Assembly: GCA_040757835.1 (NCBI GenBank)
Contig: JBFLWJ010000006.1
Coordinates: forward strand, 66,512 to 130,511
Length of the DNA: 64,000 bases
Direction: 5' to 3'
From: Actinomycetota bacterium
GTDB lineage: Bacteria > Actinomycetota > Geothermincolia > Geothermincolales > RBG-13-55-18
Every line of letters starts with the position of its first letter. Positions within the stretch are counted from its first letter, which is position 1. Both the position numbers and the translations under genes were made by a program. Below are positions 19,425 to 27,561 of this stretch, piece after piece. The notes below the pieces were generated by a model. That model did not search any database and was not told the origin of the DNA. It saw nothing but the letters and a program-made list of their open reading frames with translations.

Positions 19425-19832
19425 TCAATAGTGTATCTCCATGGCGCGGGGCGGACAGACCTTTATACACAACTCGCAGGCCACGCATTCCTCGTCGTCG
19501 AACCCGACCTCCATGCTGTCCCGCTTGACGAAGAGCGCGTCGGTGGGACAGACCGCGATACATGCGCCGCAATGGGTGCACTTGAGCTCGTTGCGCCGGA
19601 TGTCCTGGGACAGGGGCTGGATGGTAACGCCGCAGGACTCTATGTAGGCCATGCCGCGCTCGTAGTCCTTCTCCTTGCCGGTTATCTCCAGCACCAGCAG
19701 CCCCTCCTCGCGCGGGGTGATGGAGGCCTTGAGGATGTTGAAATCCAGGTTGAAGTCCCGCACCAGTTTGCTCACGATGGGCTTGTCCACCTGCTCGTGG
19801 GGGAAATGCAGCACTATCTTGTGCCTTATCAT
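19425..19832 (-). CDS. NIL domain + 2[4Fe-4S] ferredoxin (partner of DUF39 sulfurtransferase)
   Basis: 'DFNILKA' NIL motif; CTHCGACIAVC and CVACELCIKVC. Confidence 0.88.
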   Translation of the reverse strand: MIRHKIVLHFPHEQVDKPIVSKLVRDFNLDFNILKASITPREEGLLVLEITGKEKDYERGMAYIESCGVTIQPLSQDIRRNELKCTHCGACIAVCPTDALFVKRDSMEVGFDDEECVACELCIKVCPPRAMEIHY

Positions 19833-21008
19833 CTATTCCACCCCCTCCTGCCTCGCGGCGCAGGGCAACAGCTCCACCGGCTGGGCCAGGAGGAAACGAC
19901 CCTGCGTGATCCACTCCTTGAGGGCAGTGGCGATCTCCCTCGCGCGGCTGTAACTCGAGAGGGAGGCGGTGGGTACGTCCCTGCCCTCGAGCCTGACGCT
20001 GCCGCTCTTGAGCTCGGCGTAGGTGACCTCGGCCAGCACCTTGCCTGTCCCTTGGGGGTAGTCGAAGGAATAGTCCACCACCGGCGCCACCAGGTCCTCG
20101 TCGCGCACGGCGGCCGCCTTGACCACCTCTTCGTCCAGGACGGGGATGGGGACTCCTATCCCCACCGCCAGGCTGGCGCCGTATCCCAGGATAGAGTAGC
20201 CGGTGAGGAAACGCGGGTCCATCCCCCTAAGGTCCCCGATGACCGACAGGGTGCCGGCGGGTCGGGTCGGTGCCCCGGAATCTCCACGGGGAACGTCGGT
20301 GTTGTGCTGGGTGCCGTACCAGGCCACGTAACCGACCCCCCCGCCCAGAAAGATGCGGGTGCCGATGCCGATGGTGCGCAGCAGCGGGTCCTTGAGTAGC
20401 GGCGACAGCTGGCCCGCGCTGCAGTAGTTGGCGTTGCCCAGCTCCGGCCGCAGCACCCCCATGTAGGTGTAGATCACGCGGTCGGACAGGTTCACCGCCA
20501 CGTTGTAGTTCTGGTAGGCGTTGCGAGGATTGAAGAGCCACGCCTCCTTGACGTCTGCCAGGGTCAGGTCCTTCTCCCAGTGTTTGTTGGGATAGCAGTC
20601 AGTGCCGTAGGAATCGGCCCGCAGTCGCAGCGTCTTCCCCGCCACCAGGTCCTCGATGACGTGCCCTCCCCCGTAGCGGAACTCGCCCGGGAAGACCTCG
20701 TTCAAGGGGTCGTGTTCCGCCATCTCCGTGGCCCCGATATAGATATCCACGGCCGCTATGCCGCAGTAGACGGGCACGTCGTTGAGCCAGGCACGCAAGA
20801 TCTTCATGCGCGGCTGGGCATGCCCGACGTTGATGAACGCCCCGGATGAACACATGGGGCCGAAAGTGCCGGTGGTGATAACGTCCACCTTGCGCGCCGT
20901 CTCGGCGGCGCCCTCCTGCTCCACCAGGTCGATGACCTCTTCCGCGGTGACCACTACCGCCTCGCCCTTTTTTATCCTCTCGTTTATCTCCGCTATGGTC
21001 TTTCCCAT
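19833..21008 (-). CDS. DUF39 homocysteine biosynthesis protein (L-aspartate semialdehyde sulfurtransferase-like)
   Basis: 'KTIAEINERI', 'VDVITTGTFGPMCSSG', 'FNPRNAYQNY', 'YTYMG', 'LRTIGIGTRIFLGG'; directly followed by the NIL-ferredoxin. Confidence 0.88.
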   Translation of the reverse strand: MGKTIAEINERIKKGEAVVVTAEEVIDLVEQEGAAETARKVDVITTGTFGPMCSSGAFINVGHAQPRMKILRAWLNDVPVYCGIAAVDIYIGATEMAEHDPLNEVFPGEFRYGGGHVIEDLVAGKTLRLRADSYGTDCYPNKHWEKDLTLADVKEAWLFNPRNAYQNYNVAVNLSDRVIYTYMGVLRPELGNANYCSAGQLSPLLKDPLLRTIGIGTRIFLGGGVGYVAWYGTQHNTDVPRGDSGAPTRPAGTLSVIGDLRGMDPRFLTGYSILGYGASLAVGIGVPIPVLDEEVVKAAAVRDEDLVAPVVDYSFDYPQGTGKVLAEVTYAELKSGSVRLEGRDVPTASLSSYSRAREIATALKEWITQGRFLLAQPVELLPCAARQEGVE

Positions 21009-21209
21009 CTCCATACATCCTTTCCGATCAGCCGGTCATAACATGCCATCAGAAAAGCGGGGCATGACCCATACGGAGGCCACCACCACCTTAGTGTCTA
21101 TCACGTTTCCGGTTCTTCTCATCTTCATCCGTCCAGTCCCTCGCTGTCATCGCTGACATCTCCGGCCACCCCAGGACGCCTCTTTCTCAAGTCTCCGTGC
21201 GAGCGATGT

Positions 21210-21241
21210 AAAAAGACCGCCGGCGAAGGCGCACGGCGGTC
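21210..21241 (-). terminator. Intrinsic terminator/attenuator in the leader of the homocysteine operon
   Basis: Minus strand GACCGCCG-loop-CGGCGGUC-UUUUU. Confidence 0.8.
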
Positions 21242-21444
21242 AGGTAACCGTCTTGCCCGCACCGGGTACGGCGCCGCTGCGCGATACCCTCGCCTGTGAT
21301 CACGGAGGCATCCGTCCTCGCCTACTCGCTCGCGCTTTCAGCGGGAAGCTCCGGGGCCATCTTCGGCCCGCTTCGCGCACCGGTTCTCAACTTCCGCCCG
21401 GCTCTCTGTAGCGCTACCGCGGGCTTACTCCTCCCCTTCATCGC
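21210..21444 (-). ncRNA. T-box-like riboswitch leader with AUG (Met) specifier
   Basis: Stem I with AGUA, AGAGAG and GUUGAGAA motifs, specifier GAAG-AUG-G (21358-60); stem II GCUGAAA..AGUAGG; IIA/B CCGUGAUC; downstream terminator. Canonical UGGNACC not found. Confidence 0.65.
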
Positions 21445-21502
21445 CTTTCGCGGTGGGTATTCCCTTGTCAATAATCCCCAGTAATCCATGGGGATAGAAT
21501 GA

Positions 21503-21531
21503 ATGATACTTCCGCATGCGGTTCCTGTCAA
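21503..21531 (-). promoter_or_regulatory. Sigma70 promoter for the T-box leader
   Basis: Minus strand TTGACA-17 bp-TATCAT. Confidence 0.8.
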
Positions 21532-21623
21532 TTTTAACCCCCGGCATATGCCCTGTAAGGCCGCATTGACCACGTCTCGCGAACGCGGAATAATGGCAGC
21601 AAACCCGGGGGAGGTGAGCGCCG

Positions 21624-22454
21624 GTGATAAGGTCATTGGGGGAGGGGGACCGCGAGGTCGCCCTGCGTTTCCTCGACCGCGACCACGAGTGCAACCTGAT
21701 CATGATCTACGACCTGGACCATTTCGGCCTGGAAAACCGGGGCCATCCCTTCCAGGGAGACTATTACGGCTCCTTCGGCCCGGAGGGGCTCAACGGCGTC
21801 GCGGTCCTCTTCAATTTCGGCTCCCTGTTCATCTACGCCCCCGATGCGGAAGCGGCGCCACGGCTCGTGGAGCACATGGCCTCCCTGGAGAGGAAACCAT
21901 CCTACGTCATCGGCCGCGCGGAGTGGGCGGGTCCGGTCATAGACCGGCTGGAGGAGCAGGGGCTGCACCCCACCGGGGCCGAGGATCAGGATTACCTGGT
22001 CCTGACCCGCGGCTCTTTCCGCCCGCGCTCCGGGCACGAGACCCGTTTCGCGGAACCATCCGACCTCGAGCGCCTCATCGAGCTGAACCGAGCCTTCCAG
22101 ATCGAGTACTTCGGCGGCCTCACCGATGCGGAAGAGGAGCTGGGCAGGATGGCCGAGGTGCGCATGGAGCGGGCGGGGATCGCCGTCGCCGTGGCTGACG
22201 GCGAGATCGTCTCCAAGGCCGAGAGCATGGTGCGCACCGAGCGTGCGGCCCTCATCGGCGGCGTCTATACCGTGCCAGCGTATAGGGGCAGGGGCCTGTC
22301 TGCCGCTTGCATGTCGCGGTTGTGCGGGGAGATCCTGGGCAGCATCGGCAAGGCCTGCCTCAACGTCTCCACGCGCAACACGCCCGCACGGAGGGTCTAC
22401 CGCGGCCTGGGTTTCGAGAGGTCCTGCGACTACCGCATGGCCCACTACGCATGA
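21624..22454 (+). CDS. GNAT family acetyltransferase (FR47-like C-terminal domain)
   Basis: 'GGVYTVPAYRGRGLS', 'NTPARRVYRGLGF'. Confidence 0.85.
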   Translation: MIRSLGEGDREVALRFLDRDHECNLIMIYDLDHFGLENRGHPFQGDYYGSFGPEGLNGVAVLFNFGSLFIYAPDAEAAPRLVEHMASLERKPSYVIGRAEWAGPVIDRLEEQGLHPTGAEDQDYLVLTRGSFRPRSGHETRFAEPSDLERLIELNRAFQIEYFGGLTDAEEELGRMAEVRMERAGIAVAVADGEIVSKAESMVRTERAALIGGVYTVPAYRGRGLSAACMSRLCGEILGSIGKACLNVSTRNTPARRVYRGLGFERSCDYRMAHYA

Positions 22455-22464
22455 ACTGCGTACG

Positions 22465-25113
22465 TCAGGGGTTCACCTCGTAGAGGAAGGCGTCGTCGAA
22501 CCATACGCTCCCCTTTGCCGCGGCCCCCACCGCGCCCACGGTCTGCAGGCTGACCACCGCATAGGCCGCCCCCGCCGGAGCGAAGGCCTCGCAGGACAGA
22601 GGGGTCCAGCCGTGGGTCGAATAACCCTGGGTAGTCTCCAGGGGCGAGGGACTCGTTCCCACCTGGTTACCAGAGGCATCGTACCAGTATATGGCCGCGC
22701 CGATGGAAGCACCCTTGAACATCCTGGTGCGGCAGGAAACATGCAACCTGTATCCTTTCCCCGGCTCTATGCCGCTGGCCATCGCGCTGTTCCACGCGCA
22801 GATATAGGGGGGTGTCGAGAAGGCCGGGTCCTTGATGCGCAGTGACCTCTCACCGCTGTGGGACTGCATGCGGTTGGCCTCGTAGCTCACGCTCCCGCCG
22901 GGAAGCGCGAGCGGGCTCCATCCCGGCAAGGTGCCGTCGGCATTGACGTCCTCGAAGCTCGCGTTGGAGAGCAGGTTCGGCGGCAGCGACGCAGGCATGG
23001 TCACGGTCACTGTCCGCTGCCGGTCGAGGGCGATGGAGGGGATGGAGAGCGACGCGCCCTGCAGCGTATATCCGGACCCCTCGACCAGCTGCGCCCCGTC
23101 CAGCCTGACCTCGAGCCCCGATACCGGCGGCCAGGCGTGCAGCAGTTCCAGGTCGGTCCTGCCCAGAACGTCCGTCACGGGGATTGCGCTGGGGTCGGTG
23201 TTCGAGTCCAGGCGCAGGGTCACCGTTTCGCCGGCGCCGATGTCTGCCCCGGCGGCCGCGAGGTCCAGGGTCAGCCTCTCCACGTTCCTCGTGTGTGTGT
23301 CCAGCGCGTTTGCCGCGTTGTCGACCTCCGCACGGGCCAGGGCCGCCTCCTCCCCCGCCGCCGCGAACCTCTTCATCTTCAGCCAGTAGGCCTCGCTGAC
23401 CTCGTCGTCGTAGCTCTTGTAGGCCACCTGGGTCGGGTGGCGCTTTCTGGCCTGGGCCGCGAAGAAGGCGGCGGTGACCTCGTAGGGTTCCATGAAGCCG
23501 TGGCCGCCGTAGGGGCTGGTGACGTACTCTGAATAGTACGGTCCCTGCGCGGACCAGGTGGTGAGCAGGTCGTGGATGTCGCCGCCGTTCTCGAAGGTCG
23601 CCGTGGCGGGGGAATACGGGGCTGGGGCCTCAACGTGCCACCAGAAGTGGGACGCGGGGTCGCTCCTCCTCCACCACATGACCGTGAGGTTCTCGCGCAT
23701 ATTGGGGAAGTTGCTGTCGTTCAGGCCCTGGACGATGCGTACGGGCATGTTGGCCATGTTCTCCAGCACGTAGCGGGCGCTGAAGTCCTTCATCAGCGGC
23801 GTGTCCAGGGGCTGGTCGGGTTGGTGCTCCATGCCCGCGATGAGCCTCCAGGTGCTGCACACGAGGTGGTCGCTGTACCTGGCGAAGGGCTCGCCCGGAT
23901 CGACGGGGAAGTGGTCCCGCAGGAATTCGTAGTCATAGACGAAATCCGAGGCCCCGGCGTTGGGGGAGACCGCGGCTACGAGCCCGGGGGCATGGATACC
24001 GAGGATATAAGCCCCGCATGCGCCCATGGACAGCCCGGACGCGTAGATGCGGTCCTCGTCGATGTTGAACTTCTCCATGGCCTGGTTGATGCAGTCCAGC
24101 GTGTCCTGCTGCCCGTACGCGAAGTCGTTCTGCACCCGCAGCTCGCCGAACTCGTGCACGCCCCCCAGGCTGCATACCGACACCTCGCCGCTGACGGGCG
24201 GTTCCGGCACCAGCCACCCCGTACCGTACGGGGAATCGTCCCCCGGTACCTGCAGGTTCACCGGCTTGTCGTTCACCGCCACCCGGATATAGCCGTCGTA
24301 CGAGGTCACCTTGAGGCGGATCCAGGTGTCTCCCGCCGTCAGCGGCTTCCACTCCAGGGCGGTCTGTCCGATGAGGGTCCAGGCGCCGCCGCCATAGCGG
24401 AAGAGGCGCACGTACTTGACGGTGCCGGCGCTGGTGGTCTCGGTCAACAGGTCGGCGTGGTAGCAGTCACCGGTGACGGGGTCCCGGCGCAGGTTGATCC
24501 CCATGGCGCTGACGCTGCCGGCGCGGCTAAGCTCCCGCATGCTTACGCGCACGGCGTAGTCCTGGCCGCTGGAGCCCGACCGCACCAGTTCCTTCCATGC
24601 GCTCGAGCCGTCCGACTGGCGCAGGGCACCGCCAACCGCGGACCAGCTACCTCCCGCCACCGCCCACCCGTCCAGGCTGGACATGTCGTCGATGATATCG
24701 GGCTCGCGATTGGCCCCGGAGTCCTTCCTCACCCCGTCGATATAGTAGCTGCCCAGGTTGCGGCACCAGGGCGAGAGCACGATCCAGCCACGGGTATCGG
24801 CCACGCTCTTGATGCTGTTGGAGAACATGTCCCAGGGATTGTTGGAGATGATGGCGGTGCCCTCCAGGGCGTGCAGCTCCACCCACAAGGGATAGGAGCG
24901 GGAGGGATCGTAACCCTTGGGCAGGTAGATGCTGCAGGGGAGGTTAAGACCATCGGCGGTGGACACGAAATCGTAACGCACGGCCTGGCCGCCCACGGTC
25001 GGCTCTCCATAGGGGAGGTATTCGCACCCGGAGAGAAACGTGAAAGGGGCGCAGATAAGGGCCAGCGACAATGCCAACGCGATTGCTCTGTATATCCGGC
25101 GTGTCCATCGCAT
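22465..25113 (-). CDS. Large lipoprotein: alpha/beta hydrolase with an inserted ConA/LamG-like domain and a C-terminal CBM4/9-like domain
   Basis: Lipobox FLSGC; 'IYLPKGYDPSRSYPLWVELH'; GLSMG nucleophile; QGLND; GGHG; C-terminal 'NLLSNASFE...GW...HSG..SLRI'. Start moved to the ATG at 25113. Confidence 0.7.
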   Translation of the reverse strand: MRWTRRIYRAIALALSLALICAPFTFLSGCEYLPYGEPTVGGQAVRYDFVSTADGLNLPCSIYLPKGYDPSRSYPLWVELHALEGTAIISNNPWDMFSNSIKSVADTRGWIVLSPWCRNLGSYYIDGVRKDSGANREPDIIDDMSSLDGWAVAGGSWSAVGGALRQSDGSSAWKELVRSGSSGQDYAVRVSMRELSRAGSVSAMGINLRRDPVTGDCYHADLLTETTSAGTVKYVRLFRYGGGAWTLIGQTALEWKPLTAGDTWIRLKVTSYDGYIRVAVNDKPVNLQVPGDDSPYGTGWLVPEPPVSGEVSVCSLGGVHEFGELRVQNDFAYGQQDTLDCINQAMEKFNIDEDRIYASGLSMGACGAYILGIHAPGLVAAVSPNAGASDFVYDYEFLRDHFPVDPGEPFARYSDHLVCSTWRLIAGMEHQPDQPLDTPLMKDFSARYVLENMANMPVRIVQGLNDSNFPNMRENLTVMWWRRSDPASHFWWHVEAPAPYSPATATFENGGDIHDLLTTWSAQGPYYSEYVTSPYGGHGFMEPYEVTAAFFAAQARKRHPTQVAYKSYDDEVSEAYWLKMKRFAAAGEEAALARAEVDNAANALDTHTRNVERLTLDLAAAGADIGAGETVTLRLDSNTDPSAIPVTDVLGRTDLELLHAWPPVSGLEVRLDGAQLVEGSGYTLQGASLSIPSIALDRQRTVTVTMPASLPPNLLSNASFEDVNADGTLPGWSPLALPGGSVSYEANRMQSHSGERSLRIKDPAFSTPPYICAWNSAMASGIEPGKGYRLHVSCRTRMFKGASIGAAIYWYDASGNQVGTSPSPLETTQGYSTHGWTPLSCEAFAPAGAAYAVVSLQTVGAVGAAAKGSVWFDDAFLYEVNP

Positions 25114-25298
25114 ATTCCTACTCCTTCCTCGCGGACAGCGACAACGCAGCGCGCACGCAGGCAAGCGATTGTGAGCAGGACCACATCGTCAGGGAGCGTA
25201 TATGAAATAACCCACAGATATTCTACCCGTTTATGCCCGGCGATCAACCCCGGTCTTGCCGTACGGTAATGTTCAATAGCTCCTTCGAGCTGCCCGCC

Positions 25299-25754
25299 CT
25301 ACTGGCGTACGATGAGCACGGGGCACTTGGCGTGGTGGGTGACGCGGTTGCTCACCGAGCCCATGAGGAAACCGCCCAGGGCGCCGCGGCCGTGGCTGCC
25401 CATTACGATCATGTCGTAGCCGCCCTCCTCTTCCTCCTGCAGCACCTCCGCCGCCGGGTTGCCGAAGCGTATCCTGGGCATAACCTCGAGGCCCGCGTCG
25501 CGCAGGGGCCGGGCGCTCTCGGCGAGCATCTCCTCGGCACGCTTGTCCAGCTCCTCGCGCAGTTCCTCCGGCGGCGGCATGAGCACCTCGGGCGCGATGA
25601 GGCCGTCGGACCAGAAGGCGGAATAGACCGGTTCCTCCACCACGGAGAGCAGGGTGATCTTGCACGGCGTGTTCGCGAAGAGCTTCGCGGCGAAGGCGAT
25701 GGCCTTCTCGGCCGTATCGGAGCCGTCGGTGGGAAGCAGCACCTTGTCGATCAT
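25299..25754 (-). CDS. Universal stress protein (UspA family)
   Basis: 'KVLLPTDGS', 'GNPAAEVL', 'DMIVMGSHGRG', 'GSVSNRVTHHAKCPVLIV'. Confidence 0.93.
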   Translation of the reverse strand: MIDKVLLPTDGSDTAEKAIAFAAKLFANTPCKITLLSVVEEPVYSAFWSDGLIAPEVLMPPPEELREELDKRAEEMLAESARPLRDAGLEVMPRIRFGNPAAEVLQEEEEGGYDMIVMGSHGRGALGGFLMGSVSNRVTHHAKCPVLIVRQ

Positions 25755-25909
25755 CTGTCTCTCCTCCCGGTTATTGGGCTCGGCATCAAGTATCACGACG
25801 GAGCGGGTCGTGGCAGTATCCCGAAGACACGCGAGCGAGCCATCCACCTCTCCCAATGATAGTAATAAGATACTACGCCGCGCGGCGTGCTACCAGCCGA
25901 GGGATTGCG

Positions 25910-27451
25910 TCATCCCCTTCTTCTCCTCCAGCCCGCCGTGCCCGCCAGGGAGAGCAGTCCCAGGGTCAGGCCCAGCATGAGCAGGGCGGCTCCGCTGCCC
26001 GCGCCGCACAGGGAGGACACGGTGAAAGCTCCGGGAAGGCGGGCCTCATCACCGTCGGGGTTCGCAACCACGACATCATAGGTCCCAGGTTCGGCCCCAA
26101 AGAGGCTGATCCCGCAGGTTATCTCCTCCGTGGAGACCACGCTGGTGCTGACTGCCCCGATGACCACTTCGCCCTTCTCCAGTCTTACGTTGGCGCCGGG
26201 CTTGAAGTTGGTACCGGTCACGGTGAGGTTCAAGGCCACTGTATGCTGTATCCCGCTCTCGGGGGTTACGGAGGCGACCGAGAGCGGTATGGGTTCCCCT
26301 CCGTTCTCGGTCTTAAGGACCAAGGGCGCCCCGGACGCGTCTTTACCCCCTGCCCAGGCGGTAGAGGCATCCACGGCACAGACACAGGAGAGACATCCCC
26401 CCGAGGATTCGTACTGCGTGGTCCAGGTCGTTCCCCCATCGCTGGTCTTGAGGATCACGCTCCTATCGGCGGTCGTATATGGCAAGTTCAGCTCGCCGAC
26501 GGCCCATGCGGTGGAAGGGTCTACCGCGGAGATGCTGGAAAGGATAAGGCCGCTCTCGCTAAATTGTGTGTCCCAGGTCGCCCCGCCATCACCGGTCCTC
26601 AGGATGACGCCCGCTCCCGTTCCAGGATGGCTGGTCGTCGCGTTACCGATGGCCCAGGCATCGCTGGAGTCAAAGGCATGGATATCGAAGATATACAGAT
26701 CTTCCAGCTCGTTCGTATCCCAGGTAGTTCCTCCATCCGTTGATCTCGTTACTACGGGTGGGATGCTGCAGAGCGATATCCAGAGGGTAAGATCGTCGGC
26801 GATTTCCAGGCTCGACACGCCTTTATAAAAATCGATAGCGCCAGGAAAATCGAACGCACTTGTGTAATCCCAGCTGGAGCCCGCGCTGGATGTCCCGAGC
26901 AGGCTCCACCAGCAATACACATCCGGGAGGTAGAAGAGATTGTAGTAAAAGGCCAGCAACCATGCGGTGCTACCGTTCAGGGCACACAGGTCCTGGCACC
27001 ATACACCGCCGTGAGCGGAGGTGGAGCCGTACCGAGCGGTTTCGTTCCAGGTAACTCCCCCGTCGCACGTCCTATAGACCCCACCCCACTTATTGGTCCA
27101 TACGGTATTCTCGTCCACCGCGCATACGTCCGGGGTGCTTCCCCCATAAACGGGCGTCCCGAGGTTCTGGACAGACCAGTCAGAGCCACCGTTTGTTGTC
27201 TTGAGGATACCCATATCCGGCCATGAGGTGACATCTACCGCGGCCCACGCGGTCGCCGCGTTTACCGCCGAGATGCCCGTGATCTCCCCTTCCGTATAAG
27301 GGATATCCTGCTCCTCCCAGCCCGAGCCGGGTTCGGCCAAGGCGATACCACTGCCGCTTCCCGTTGCCGGCAGGCCTAAGGTCAGCAAGAACAGTAAGAA
27401 AACCAGAATGATGGCGCGGACATACCTTGCAGACCTAGAACAGCTTCGCAT
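25910..27451 (-). CDS. Exported BNR/YCF48-repeat beta-propeller protein with IPT/TIG-like domain and C-terminal anchor
   Basis: Signal peptide; repeated 'ILKTxDGGxTW'; C-terminus CGAGSGAALLMLGLTLGLLSLAGTAGWRRRRG. Confidence 0.8.
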   Translation of the reverse strand: MRSCSRSARYVRAIILVFLLFLLTLGLPATGSGSGIALAEPGSGWEEQDIPYTEGEITGISAVNAATAWAAVDVTSWPDMGILKTTNGGSDWSVQNLGTPVYGGSTPDVCAVDENTVWTNKWGGVYRTCDGGVTWNETARYGSTSAHGGVWCQDLCALNGSTAWLLAFYYNLFYLPDVYCWWSLLGTSSAGSSWDYTSAFDFPGAIDFYKGVSSLEIADDLTLWISLCSIPPVVTRSTDGGTTWDTNELEDLYIFDIHAFDSSDAWAIGNATTSHPGTGAGVILRTGDGGATWDTQFSESGLILSSISAVDPSTAWAVGELNLPYTTADRSVILKTSDGGTTWTTQYESSGGCLSCVCAVDASTAWAGGKDASGAPLVLKTENGGEPIPLSVASVTPESGIQHTVALNLTVTGTNFKPGANVRLEKGEVVIGAVSTSVVSTEEITCGISLFGAEPGTYDVVVANPDGDEARLPGAFTVSSLCGAGSGAALLMLGLTLGLLSLAGTAGWRRRRG

Positions 27452-27561
27452 CTCGCAACCCCCGATCGTCTCAAGTATGGGTTCAAGCCGGGTGCTGGCT
27501 TCCCGTCAATCCCTCAATGCGCCCTTCGCCAATTCTATCATGACTGTGTGGTCGCCTGACC

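Noticed and set aside
21123-21145. SAM-I-like GAGGGACUGG..AUGAAG motif
   Set aside because: No AUCxAGAG P1, GCAACC or GUGC elements; better explained as an RBS and sORF start.
23572-25269. 565-aa plus-strand ORF and similar long overlapping ORFs throughout the window
   Set aside because: Antisense or off-frame to well-supported genes; Arg/Gly/Pro-rich composition typical of GC-rich shadows.
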